Position numbers and translations under genes: made by a program
Notes under the pieces: generated by a model
The model's input: only the letters and a program-made list of their open reading frames with translations
Databases searched by the model: none
What the model was told of the DNA's origin: nothing
Shown here: in pieces, positions 37,194 through 50,138 of the stretch
Layout: each line of letters starts with the position of its first letter
How positions within the stretch are numbered: position 1 is the stretch's first letter
Assembly: GCA_043228905.1 (NCBI GenBank)
Contig: JBHGNT010000022.1
Location: 7,688,001-7,752,000, forward strand
Reading direction: 5' to 3'
DNA length: 64,000 bases
From: Azolla caroliniana
Taxonomy: Eukaryota > Plantae > Polypodiophyta

Positions 37194-39470
37194 TGTTGAG
37201 ATACAAGCTCAACATTGGGTGTGTAAACTGGTGCATAAACTGGGTGTGCAACGAGAGGCCGTAGCTGTGCGTAAACTAGGAGGTTGTTGGATAGATATTT
37301 TTGGGAGTGAGTGTAGGGGATCATTGATGAGCATTAAAGTACGTGTCAGTATTTCTGCCAGTTCGTATGGAATTGTATAAAATTACTCTTTGAGCACATC
37401 CTATGTACAGAGTTTTAGAGTATTGTATTGGAATAGAGTTTTTCTGTGTTCTGCTCTCTCTGTCTCTCCCGCCTACGTTGTGTTGATTAAACTTTCCATC
37501 AAACCTCTCTTGTCTTTTGTTTGTTGTTACCTGGTTGTGCCTGTTAAGCTTACGCATGTATACTTTTACATGGTATCAGAGTGCGAGGGTTGAGATCCTC
37601 TACTGCCAACAAACATGGTGAAGAACAAAAGAAGCAAATAATGGACAGAGGAATGGGTAGCTCGCTTCTGACAGAGAAGCTCGACAGAAGAAACTATGCA
37701 TCTTGGCTACTGGAGTTATGTCGATGGAGCTAATAACGCAACACCCGAATCGACACAGAAATTTCCCAGCCTAGGAACAAGCGGCAAGCAGAGTTCTCTA
37801 CTGCTTCGTATCCTGTGTGAGCGATCAGCTGCTAAGTTACAGTCGGGATGCGAGGACACCGAAGGGTGCTTGGGGAAATCTGAAAAAGATTTTCGCCGCG
37901 AGCACCACAGCCAGAAAGCTCCAACTCAGGCAAGAGTTGAGCAATGTTCGACAATGAGATATGTCGGTGGCTTATTACACCTCCAAGATCAAGGACATCT
38001 GTGACTCTCTCACCTCCGTCGATGTAAATGTCGAGGAGGACGAAATGGTACAAGTCTGCCTTGGAGGGTTGGCGTCGAAGTTTGGAGCATTCCGAACTGT
38101 TGTTTGTACGAGGGAGAATACGCCGTCGTTTTTCGAGTTATAGTCGATGCTCCTAACAGAGGAAAACCACGTGGGTGCATCAACGAGTACACACGTTGAC
38201 AACAAGATGTTGTACACAGAGGAAGATAGGCTCCGTGGTCGTGACGAAGGAGGCAACCGATAGGAGCAAGATGGAAGGCATGGTTGTAATGCCAATAGTA
38301 GTTCTGGTCCCTCCGGAAGCAGGGGGAGTTGAGGCAGTGTCGGAAACCGGCAAGGAAAGTCTACCACGGAATGCTGGTACTGTGGCAAGAAAGGCTATAG
38401 GGAGAGTGAGTGCTGGAAGAAACGTGCCGATTAGGAGAAAACCGCATCCGGCTTCAGGCGGACTGAACAAGGAAATCGACAGCGATCGCACTACGCCGAG
38501 GGCTCTGAACGAGCCGAAAATGGATCGGGCCCAACCTTCGCAATGAAGCACAAAGCCAATTCAACGGTGGTGAACACCTCGAAACCGAACAAGGTGTGGT
38601 ATGTTCACTCCGGAGCATCAAATCATATGACGAGTCACGAGGAATGGTTCTCGTACTTGGAGAAACCGGAAAAACAAGGAGTGGTCGAAACTAGAGACGA
38701 CACTCCACATACCATCGAACATGTCGGTGAAGTTCCTCTCAGCCACGTCGAGCAGAAAGGGAAACTTGTGAAAGTGTTACACGTCCCGACAATAATGAAG
38801 AACCTGGTGTCGGTCGAACAGATCATTGACCAGGGAATGCAAGTTCAATTTACAAATCTCGGTTGCTACATCGAAGAAGAAGGGAAAGTCATTGCGCAAG
38901 GGTACCAATGAAGTGGGAACCGCGTTGTTTGCGAAAGGGCAAAGGTTGAGTTGGACATCAACCTATGGCACAAGCGGTTCGGCCATGTTAATTTCCTGCG
39001 GCTCCGTGAACTGCAGACAAAGAACATTGTTGTTAGATTGCCAAAAAGTAGTGGCAGGAACGGCCAAGTCTGCAAAGTTTGTCAGGTCAGGAAGCAGCAC
39101 AGACTTCCATTTCCCAACGAACGTAATCGGAGTCGAAATCCGCCCGATGTGATCCATTCGGATGTATGGGAACCGGCACAGAGTGTGAGCATCGGAGGAA
39201 GCCGTTACTTCGTAACCTTCATCGATGACTTCACTCGGCACACTTGGGCATGCTTGATTGCGAAAAAGAGCGAAGTCTTCGAGTGTTTCCTGAAGGTGAA
39301 GAGCCTTGCGGAAAGGGAAATCAGGTGAAAGATCAAGTGCCTAAGGTCCAATGGAGGGAAGGAGTACTTCTCTGACGAGTTCTCGAGTTATCTATAGAAG
39401 GAGGGAATTCGACGCGAATTCTTGTGTAGATACACGCTACAACTGAACGACGTGACCAAGAGGAAGAATT
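37194..39470 (+). mobile_element. Copia family B element (B2), 5' half
   Basis: LTR 37194-37570, PBS TGGTATCAGAG at 37571, gag, protease WYVHSGASNH and integrase N-terminus (38951-39328). Confidence 0.88.
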
Positions 39471-41032
39471 TGTTGAAATCGACCGGCCACAACTGGTTTC
39501 ACGTTCGTATTCGTGTGCAGAGAACAAGAAACAATACAAAGACAGAAAAACGCGCAAACACAGAGACATCAATATTTTACGTGGAAAACTGGAAATGGGA
39601 AAAACCCCGGGGGTCCACAAACCCCAAGAAAACAAATCACTATAGTAGAGAGGAAGTACAAATACGGAACTCAGAGGCAACGACCTTGAGTTCTCCTTCG
39701 TTTGACAGACGGCTATAGAGTTACACTCTCACTCTCTCACTCACGGTTACAGAGCCAACTACCACGTTCTAACTTTTTAAATAATGATCAACTACTTCCT
39801 TACTAGAGTTTGCCCTTGTTGCTTATCAACAAAAGCAACTTTCTGGCTATTTACAAGTATAACCCATAAGGGCCTTTTAGACTATTTACAGTTATAGTCT
39901 TTCGAAACGATTACGATTTCAGTTTTAGTTTTAGTTTCAGCCTCGGCCTAGATACTCACCAACACGGTCCTTCTCTTCCCAACAAACTCCCCCTTCACTC
40001 CGGCATGGGGTACTTGATCAAACCGATTCTCTGTCGGTACTCTGGTTGGCACTCTAGTTATCACAATGGAGTTCAAATTCCTCCTGCCTAATTCCCTGCT
40101 CACCAATAAACTCCTTCATCCATATGACTTCCTTGCTGGCTTCCGTTGTGGCTATATATTTGACTTCCGTGGTTGACAACATCACGGGCTTCTGCAGCCT
40201 CGACTGTCACGAAACGGCTCCCCCTACATAAGTCATTCCGTACCTAGACGTGGATTGGCTGGTATCCACATCAGCCGACATATCCGAGTCAGTATAACCT
40301 TCCAGTGGGGGGTTACCTGAACAGAAACAAAGACACATGTTCGAGGTGCCTTTTAGGTATTCATTTCACGGCAGCCCAATGCTCTCTTCTGGGGTTGCTA
40401 ATGTATCGGCTAACCTCGTCGACTGCGTATCTTATGTCTGGGCTGGTACATACCATCATGTACATCAAGCTTCCGACTGCCGAGGCATAAGGAACCTTTG
40501 ACATTTCAGCCTTCTCGGTTTTCGATTTCGGACATTGTTCTTTGCTTTGCTTGCAATTCGTCATCATTGTCGAGCCATCGATTTCGGGCTTTCCATGCCG
40601 AATCTCTAGAGCACCTTTGTCCCATATTTTTCTTGTGACAGCCACATCAATTTCTTTGTTTGATCCCAAACAATGTGCATCCCTAGGATTTGCTTTGCCG
40701 GACCCATATCCTTCATCGAGAACCATTTTCTCAAAGCCTTTTTCAGCACTCGAATCTTCGTATGGTCCCGTCCGACAATTACATGTCGTTCACATACAAG
40801 AAAAGAATGAGGAAATCTCCTTTGTCTAATTTCTTCACAAATACGCAGTGATTGGCCTACGTTTTGTCGCACCCGTGGTCGGTCATGAAGGATTCGAATT
40901 TTCGGTACCATTGCCAAGGCGCTTGCTTCAACACGTACAAGCTCTTCCTTAATCGGCATACCAAGTTCTCTTTGCCTTTCTCTACAAATCCTTCCGGCTG
41001 GTGCATATAGATCTCCTCTTCGAGATCACCGT

Positions 41033-42728
41033 TGTCGTGTGAATCTTCTCACACTGTTAAAAAGTAATGAAATAATTATTATAGATTAGATTAGTAGCTT
41101 ACTATAGAAAGATGGATATACTCAAGAGCTTTAAAATGTATTTTACTATATACAAAATAGAGAAATACATATCAAGTTATGTGAAAATAAAGTTTGAGAA
41201 GATAGAGAAATTAGAACTATCCCACATAGATAGGAAAGTTAAGGCCCTAGCTATATAAGCACCTTGAGCTCCCTCATTTTTCATTTGTGCTAAGAGCACT
41301 TTGGCCACTTTGTCTTGATAGATGATGGTGGCCAAATTCCCTAAAACTGGAAACCGGCTGGTAAACAAATCCGGAAACCGGCCGGTAAGCAAATCTGGAA
41401 AACGGGTCTAGAAAGCAAATTCCGAAACGGGTCCGGTAAGCAAATCCAAAAACCGGTCGGTATGCAAACTAGAAACCGGTCGGTAAGCAAAACCGGAATC
41501 GGAACCGGAAACCGCATGGTATGCAAACTGGAACCGGAATTGGAAACTGGCCGGTATGCAAACCGGAACCGGAACCGGCAAGCAAATTGGAACCGGAACC
41601 GGCCGGTAAGCAAAACCGGAACTGGCCAGTAAGCAAAACGGGAACTGAACCGGTATGCAAACCGGAACCGGAACCGGAACCGGTAAGCAAAACCGGAACC
41701 GGTAAGCAAAACCGGAACAGGAACCGGTATGCAAACTGGAACCGGAATCGTCTGGTAAGCAAAACCGGAACCGGAACCGGTAAGCAAACTGGAACCAGAA
41801 TTGACCGGCAAGCAAAACCGGAACCTGCTAGCAAGCAAAACTGGAACCGGAACCGAAACCGGCTGGCAAGCAAAATGGAACCAGCTGGCGAGGGATTCGA
41901 CAATCGAGCGGATCCAGCTCCTGAACGAGGTTGGACGCGGATGGACGGAAGATTGGATCATGCAACAAATTAAAGTAAAGTGAAGAGAACTAAAGGAAAG
42001 GCCATGTGGACGCAAGCAACTAAAGTTGGAGTGCATGCAAAAAGTAAAGGTCATGTGGACGGTCACATGCAACTAAACGAAAAAGCCATGCCACTAAAAA
42101 TAGATGCAACTAAAAGAAAAAGCTAAGCAACTAAAAGTAGAGGCCATGCAAGGGAGAACTCCATATAAAATTCCATTTTTTTTTCCTATACTCATATGCT
42201 CTCTCCATATTATATTGTTTTTCTTTTCCTTCGGAGCTCCCCTATCTTATCGAAGCCATATCTCTCAAGTAAACCCTAATTTTCTTATCGAAGCCATAAC
42301 TCTCAAGTAAACCCAAAATTCCCTATGGAAGCGATAACACTCAAAAACTCTAATTTCCTTACGGAAGCCATAAACCCAAAATTTCCTTATGGAAGCCATA
42401 TCTTACTCATAACCCTAAATTTCCATACGAAAGCTATTCAACTCATAAAACCATAATCTCTTATCAAAACCAAAAACCCTAATTTTCTATAGAATTCATA
42501 TCTTAATTTCCTCTAATCTATTACTCTAGCCATCTCCATTAGCAAACTTTTTGTAATCCCAATCTTGGGATTAATTGTAATCTTTCTTTCTACTTGTTAA
42601 TGAAATTTGTTAATCTTTCTCATTTCGGTTAATTTTTAGTATATAAATACACGAATTTGATATCCTCTAGTCAAAGGCCCCAGGGTCTTGCCTCAATGTT
42701 CACGTATCCTCGTCGTATTTTCGCGACA
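41033..42728 (+). mobile_element. Long (1.7 kb) Gypsy-type LTR Z inserted in Copia E RT
   Basis: TGTCGTG...CGCGACA termini like X, Y and W; splits the KTAF|HGDLEEE motif; followed by TCTTTGGT, a possible PBS stub. Confidence 0.72.
41345..41885. repeat. Degenerate tandem array built from AACCGG and GGTAAGCAAA units inside LTR Z
   Basis: Directly visible; it generates the spurious low-complexity ORFs at 41341-42072. Confidence 0.9.
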
Positions 42729-43729
42729 TCTTTGGTAAAACGCCGTTTTGACATCCAATTGCTTGACTTCGAGGTCCATATTGGACGCGATGCTCACCAC
42801 GGTTTGGGTTGACTTCATCTTTAAGACTGGGGAAAATATTTTGTCAACATCAACACCCTTTTGTTGGAAACCTTTCACGATGATTCGTGCTTTGTAACTG
42901 GGTGGATTCCCGCCATCTCCCGGTTTTAACTTGTATACCCATTTATTTCGAAGTGCCTTCTTTCCTCTCGGCAATTTGGTCAGTTCATATGTGTGGTTCT
43001 TGTGCAAGGAATCCATCTCCTCTTGCATGGTCCTCAACCACTTTCGGTTGTGGGTATCTTCCTTGGTTTCCTCAAAGGTTTCTGGCTCCCCCTTATCGGT
43101 TAGCAGTACACGCTCTTCATCCAGAAATCTTCGGGGGGCCCTCCTTTCTCTTAGGGAATATCTTCAACCTCTGTTCGGCATGGTCGATTCTTCTTTGACT
43201 TCTTCATTCGAGTCAAATTCGTTTCCTTGTTCGACCAATACCCCTCGTTCTTCGGTCGGTTCTCGATTTTGCCGAGTATTAACTCGGCCGACTGGCTCTG
43301 ATTCTATTTCGATCGAATCGGCTTCTACTGGATTCGACCGAGCTTCGACTCGGTTCGATTCAGTAGTTGGAAACTTATTCTCAATATCCCAGTCAACTAT
43401 TGTCTTCTCCTCCATGAAGACAATGTCGCGGATCCTAATCACTTTCTTCTCGGCTAAGTCACATAGCCGATAGCCAAATTCATCATTGTCATAGCTGAGA
43501 AATATGCATGGAAGAGATTTCGGGTCCAAGTTCACCCTCTGTCGTCCGACGTCTCCTGACTGTCGCCATCGTCCAACGTCTGCCGTCGTCGCCGTAGTCT
43601 TCGTCTACCGTCGTTGGTTCTTGGCCGTCGTCGTTGCTATTGTCGCCACTATCGTGTCTAGTCTTTGTTGCTGTCATCATTTTCGGTCGCCACTATCACC
43701 TACGCTTCTGACGACGTCATGGATTGAGT

Positions 43730-44603
43730 AAATGAGAGAGCATACATGTGCTTCTAGACTCGTACCTAGCGTACAAGGCATCGATGCTCGGCTAAGTTTT
43801 TTTGTCCTTTTTGTCTTTTCTTTCTTCTATCTTTTGAATTACAACATGACTTCTAGACGAAACCATAAGGAAATAAACGAAGAAATTATAAGGAGGAATT
43901 TTTAGATGTCCTTAACCATTTCGTTAAAATAACAAAATGGGTGAAAGAGATTGAAGCTGAAAAACAAAAAGATAAGGAAGAAAGAGAACTGCTTATTGCG
44001 GAAGTAGCGAAACTTAAAGGAGACAACGTGAATCTTCAAAAAGAAATTAAGGACCTTGAGACATCTAGGGAAGATGGTGAAATATCTTCCCTACAGGATA
44101 TTAATGACGAGATCAAAAAGGTTAAGGAAGAGGTTAAAAGAGATATGGAATTAGCAAAAATTGGGTGGGTTGATGTAGTAAAACGTAATATTAAAAAAGA
44201 ACTAACGGATGAAAACATTGTCACCACTACCCTTGAGGAGGAAAAAATGTGTCAAGCTCGACGCCTAAATGTACGAGTTACTGGGTTCAAGGAAGGGGCA
44301 TCTCCTGATAAAGATGTACAAACATTAGGGAAAATGTTGGCGTATGAAGCCCTACCAATCACTAAAACTTGGAGGGTAGGAGGTGACACCACTAGGAAAA
44401 GAGTTTTAGTCCTTCAGTTTAAGGACTCAGAATCTAGAATCGCCTTTTTTAGAAAGAGACCAATTCTTCAAGGATTGGGCGGGGACCCTATCTACCTCGA
44501 TGAAGACCTGACCAAGCTGCAAATTGAGCATCGTAAAACTTGTATGCCACGAGTCATACAAGCTCGTAAAGAGGGGCATCGTGTTTTCTATCGAGATGGA
44601 CGT
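43730..44603 (+). mobile_element. LINE ORF1 (coiled coil plus RRM-like), split by element Y
   Basis: ORF 43941-: RRLNVRVTG..WRVG..VLQF..IYLDEDLT..FYRDG, which rejoins in frame as DGRVIIN at 58222. Confidence 0.75.
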
Positions 44604-44809
44604 TGTTGCGAAGATGCTCGCGTGCGTGTGCTACTTGAGCAGGATGTTGGGAGACAGGTCCCTCCGGATGGGAAGGGAGAAGAACAGTGCTGATGAGCGA
44701 GTAACCGGCTACGGACAACCGGATGGTGCAGACCCAGTGAGAACCGGATGAGGAGTACCCGGCTACGGACAACCGGATGGTGCAGACCCAGTGAGAACCG
44801 GATGAGGAG

Positions 44810-47800
44810 TGATGGGAAATAATCGAGGAAAAATAATCGACACTTTCCAAACTTCACCTCTCGGCCACAACCAAGGAAACACACGAATCGTTGTTGCAGA
44901 AAATGGGAAATAAGTGGACACACGATTTAACGTGGAAAACCCTGTACGGGAAAAACCACGGGAGTACAAGACTCTGAACCAAAACTATTCACAGAGAAAT
45001 ATACAATGGCGAGCTGCAAGGCGACGACCTTGAGCTCGCTGTCCTCGCCACAGGCGGCGGAATTACACAGAGGCGTCGACCTCTTCGTCTCTCACGCTCT
45101 ATCTCTCTCACGGCTGCTCTCTCTTCACTCCTCTTGAGTGGAAAAACAGAAAAATGAGTAGCAACATAAAAACTGTTTGCCCTAAGTCATATTTATACAC
45201 ATATGACTTTAGGGCTATTTACAACTATAGCCTCAAGGGCCCTTGGCAAACATATTCACAGATATGTCCCCGCATCCGGATCTCTCTCCGGGTACATTCG
45301 TCATCCGGCTCCGAAGCCGGGGTCTTCATCATCCGGTTCCGAAACCGCAACCGGGCTTGTCGTCATTCATCTCCGGACATCCGACCATCCCATCCGGAGG
45401 GACCGTAATCCCAACAAACTCCCCCTTCACTTCGGCATGGGATGTCTCTCCAATCCGATCCTCTTCCGGCATGCTTCCAGCTTGTCGGGTGTGAGCACCT
45501 TGGTCAGCATATCCGACCCGTTCTCGTCCGTGTGGATCTTCGTCAGCACGAACTCCTTGTCTTCTATCCTTTCCCGGATCCAGTGATATCTTCGCTGGAT
45601 GTGCTTCGTCCGGGAGTGATACGCCGCGTTCTTCGCAAGGTGGATTGCACTCTGACTGTCGCAGTAGAGTCGGTACTCCTCCTACCGGATACCGAGCTCT
45701 CTAATGAAGTCCTTCATCCATATTATTTCCTTGCCGGCTTCAACAGCCGCCATGTACTCCGCCTCCGTGGTTGACAACGCAACCGTCTTCTGCAGCCTCG
45801 ACTGCCATGAAACAGCTCCCCCTGCATACGTCATCACATACCCTGATGTGGACCGGCTGGTATCGGCATCAGCCGACATATCCGAATCGGTGAAGCCGTC
45901 GAGTTCGGGCTTACCGGAGCCGAATCGGAGGCACACGTTTGCCGTGCCCTTCAGGTATCGGAGTATCCACTTGGCCGCGTTCCAATGCTCTTTGCCGGGA
46001 TTGCTCATGTACCGGCTCACCACTCCGACTGCATATCCGATGTCCGGTCGGGTACACACCATTGCGTACATCAAGCTCCCGACGGCAGAGGCATATGGTA
46101 CTTTCATCATGTCCTCCTTCTCAGCCTTTGTCTTGGGGCTCTGCTTGCTGGACAGCTTGCAGTTTGCGGGGAGTGTTGACCCAACCGGTCTTGCTTCCGA
46201 CATGTTGAACCGGTGAAGCACCTTTGTCACGTACTTCTCCTGTGACAGCCACAACTGCTTCTTCTTCCGGTCCCGGATGATGTGCATCCCTAGTATTTGC
46301 CTCGCCGGACCCAGGTCCTTCATTGAGAAGGTTCGGTGAAGAGCCTTCTTCAGCATCCGTATCTTGACCTGGTCTCGTCCGACGATCAACATGTCGTCCA
46401 CGTACAGGAGGAGTATTAGAAAGTCTCCTCCTTCGAACTTCTTCACAAACACGCAGTGATCGGACTGCGTTTTGTGGTACCCTTCGTCGGTCATGAAAGA
46501 GTCAAACTTCCGGTACCATTGCCGGGGAGCCTGCTTCAGTCCGTAAAGGCTCTTCTTCAACCGGCATACCAGGTGCTCCTTCCCTTTCTTCTCGAATCCT
46601 TCCGGTTGCTGCATGTAGATCTCTTCTTCGAGGTCACCGTGAAGGAATGTCGTCTTCACGTCCATCTGTTCTACCTCGAGATCCATGCTTGCCGCTATGC
46701 TCAGCACCGTCCGGATGGAGGTCATCTTCACTACCGGGGAAAATATCTCGTCGAAGTCGACGCCCTTCTTCTGCTGAAACCCCTTCACCACGATCCTGGC
46801 TTTGTATCTCGGGGGGTTTCCGGCATCTCCCGGTTTCAGCTTGAACACCCACTTGTTACGGAGTGCCCGTTTTCCTTTCGGCAACTCCACAAGTTCATAT
46901 GTGTGGTTCTCATGCAGGGAATCCATCTCCTCCTGCATGGCACTTAACCACCTGCGGCTATGGGTGTCATGCTTCGCTTCTTCAAAGCTCTCCGGCTCCC
47001 CCTCGTCGGTTAGCAGCACGTGCTCTGGTTCCGGAAATCTCCGGGGAGCCCTTCTCTCTCTTAGAGGATATCTCCGTTCCGGAGCTTCGGTAACCGGTTC
47101 TTCCGATTCTTCTTCATCCGAATCCATTTCGGGATCGGGGCCGGTTCCGGTATCATTTTCATCTTCTTCGGCCGGTTCTGTTTCTTCACCGTCTTCGGCC
47201 GGATCTTCGAGTGTTAACCGGTCCCTTGCCGGTCGGGACTGCTCCTCGTAGAGTTTATCCTCACCGGTCGACTTGGAGCTCTTCATCTTCTTCTCCGACT
47301 CCCAGTCGGCGAGTGTCTTGTTCTCCATGAAGATGATATCACGGCTCCGGAATATCTTCTTGTCGACCGGGTCCCATACTCGGTAGCCGAACTCGTCGTC
47401 GCCGTAACCGAGGAATATGCATGACCGGGTCTTTGGATCTAACTTTCCTCTCCGGTCCTTTGCCACATGCACGTATGCGAGACACCTGAACACCTTCAGA
47501 TGCCGGTAGGACACTTCCTTACCGGTCCACACTCTCTGCGGCGTGTCTCCGTCCAAAGGTACTGAGGGTGATCTGTTTATCACGTATGTCGCCGTCGACA
47601 TTGCCTCAGCCCAAAACCCCTTGGGTAATTTCGCATGCGCCAGCATACTCCGGACCCTCTCCATTATGGTCCGGTTCATCCTCTCGGCCAGCCCGTTCAG
47701 TTCCGGCGTCTTCGGCACAGTAAACTCGAGCCGGATTCCCTTCGAGCGACAGTACTCCTGGAACTGCCCCTGGTATTCCCCTCCGTTATCCGCTCGTATC

Positions 47801-50138
47801 GCTTTCAGCTTCTTGCCGGATTCCCTTTCCACTCTCGCGTGAAGTTCTTTGAAGACGCACAACACTTGGTCCTTTGTCTTCAACGGTGCCGTCCACAGCT
47901 TCCGGCTGTGGTCATCAATGAATGTCACGAAGTACTGGGCTCCGCCATGTGACTTCGTTTCTACTTGACACACGTCAGTGTGCACCAACTCCAATGGTGC
48001 GTTACGTCTCGTCGGTGGCCTTGAGTGGAAGGAGGTCCGGTTTTGCTTACCGGCCAGACAGTCGGTACACTTCCCCAGGTGTACGTGCTTTACCGGTATC
48101 AGGTTGTCATCGGCAAGCCTCTTCATCCCCTTCTCACTCATGTGGCACAGTCTCTTGTGCCACAGCTCACCGGCAGTGTCGGCTGCCACGTTCAGCTCCT
48201 CCGGACATAGCCGGGAATTCATCAGGTACAGTGTATTGACCTTCCGGGCCCGAGCCACTATCAGGCTCCCTTTGCTGAACTTCATGACACCGTTCCGGAT
48301 GCTACCCGTGTAGCCTTCATCATCTAGCCTCCCGGCCGAGATCAGGTTCAATCGGACCTCCGGAACGTGTCGAACATCCTTCAGCAGCATCTTGCATCCG
48401 GTTGATGTCATCAGCCACACGTCTCCTATGCCGGCAATCCGGCATGTGCCTTCATTTCCCATCCGGACACAGCCGTGCTCACCGCCTGTGTAGGATGAGA
48501 AGTATTTCTTCTCCGGGGTCAGGTGGAACGACGCTCCGGAATCGACCACCCAGGTCATCTCTACACCGGCAAGGTTCAGCTCCCTCTCTTCGGTAATGAG
48601 CATTATCTCTTCTTCACTTGCCGCGAGTGCCGTCGTTCCTTTCCGGTCCTGCCCTCGCCGATCCGGACCTCTCCGGTCCGTGGCTCCCCGGTATGCACCG
48701 TTTCTCTCCGGTGACTTCTTCGAATCGGTGTCGTCGGCTCCGTTGTCCTTTCGGTAATGCCGACAATTCTTCCGGAAGTGCCCCGGCTTCCCACAGTGGA
48801 AGCATGTGGGTCTTCCTCTTGACTGCGACCGGGTCCCCGACTTCTCCCGTCTTTGCGGACTCCGGTTCCATTGTCTTCCCCGTTCCGATTCGGTAAGCAG
48901 CGCCTTCGAGTCGGAGGCCGGTTCTTTATCTCTCCGACGCGCTTCTTCGTTCAAAATACTTGTCTTTACCGTTTGTAGGGACAAGTTATCTTCCGTGCAG
49001 GAGGTGTTGAGAGTCACCACCAAGTTCTCCCAGCTTTCCGGCAATGTACACATCAGAATGATGGCTTGCATTGCATCCTCCAGCGGGAACTTGATCGCCG
49101 CAAGCTGGTTCACGAATCCCATGAACGTGCTTACGTGTTCCACCATACTCTCGCCATCCCGGTACTTGACGTTCACTATCTTCCTCATCAGGGAGGTCCG
49201 GTTCAACGCATTCTTCCTCTCGTAGAGGCCCGACAGCTTCCGCCACATCTCATATGCGTTGATGTCGTTCGCCACATGTTGTAGAACGCTCACGTCGACG
49301 TATTGCCGAATGGTTGCAACGGCTTTCCGGTTCAGAAGCCTCCATTCCGACTCAAGTACCCCCTTCGGTATTTCCGACCTGTCAATCGGTTCGTACAGGT
49401 CCCGAACAATCAGAAGATCCTCCATCTTGATCTTCCAGTCGGCGTAATTCTGCGCATTCAGCACCATCATCCTCGGCTGCCCGCTGCCGCCGCCTTCCAT
49501 TTTCTGCAGCAACCTTGCTCTGATACCAAATTGATGGGAAATAATCAAGGAAAAATAATCGACACTTTCCAAACTTCACCTCTCGGCCACAACCAAGGAA
49601 ACACACGAATCGTTGTTGCAGAAAATGGGAAATAAGTGGACACACGATTTAACGTGGAAAACCCTGTACGGGAAAAACCACGGGAGTACAAGACTCCGAA
49701 CCAAAACTATTCACAGAGAAATATACAATGGCGAGCTGCAAGGCGACGACCTTGAGCTCGCTGTCCTCGCCACAGGCGGCGGAATTACACAGAGGCGTCG
49801 ACCTCTTCGTCTCTCACACTCTATCTCTCTCACGGCTGCTCTCTCTTCACTCCTCTTGAGTGGAAAAACAGAAAAATGAGTAGCAACATAAAAACTGTTT
49901 GCCCTAAGCCATATTTATACACATATGACTTTAGGGCTATTTACAACTATAGCCTCAAGGGCCCTTGGCAAACATATTCACAGATATGTCCCCGCATCCG
50001 GATCTCTCTCCGGGTACATTCGTCATCCGGCTCCGAAGCCGGGGTCTTCATCATCCGGTTCCGAAACCGCAACCGGGCTTGTCGTCATTCATCTCCGGAC
50101 ATCCGACCATCCCATCCGGAGGGACCGTAATCCCAACA
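44810..50138 (-). mobile_element. Copia D, young and nearly intact
   Basis: 607-bp LTRs at 44810-45416 and 49532-50138 (about 4 transitions apart by eye), TSD AGGAG/AAGAG, PBS 49517-49528, PPT 45419-45428. Confidence 0.97.
45427..49500 (-). CDS. Copia gag-pol polyprotein with one premature TAG (45682-45684) in RNaseH
   Basis: ATG at 49500 after the PBS; CCHC, DSGAS, GAG-pre-integrase, rve, LYVDD and RNaseH in one frame; the frame continues past the stop to ..HPMPK. Confidence 0.93.

Larger units (their letters stand above)
39471..43540 (-). mobile_element. Copia E 3' half (integrase C-terminus, RT, RNaseH, 3' LTR 39471-39984)
   Basis: PPT at 39987-39997; ORFs 40361-40959, 42693-43037 and 43164-43535; interrupted by LTR Z. 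Confidence 0.85.

Noticed and set aside
41345-41885. CRISPR array or repeat-protein gene
   Set aside because: No unique spacers, eukaryotic TE context, and ORFs open in several frames merely because the repeat lacks stops.
42270-42485. Interstitial telomere array
   Set aside because: Only isolated AAACCCTA words within longer LTR repeats.
43941-44693. Host coiled-coil gene
   Set aside because: LINE ORF1 motifs; the tail is read-through into LTRs, and it rejoins the APE-bearing LINE at 58222.
44685-44750. Hammerhead ribozyme (CTGATGAG) in the Copia C2 LTR
   Set aside because: No stem II closed by GAAA and no stem III; I also saw no hammerhead core at the PLE ends.
49501-49572. N-terminal extension of the 1296-aa ORF
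   Set aside because: It lies in the LTR/PBS; the plausible start is the ATG at 49500.
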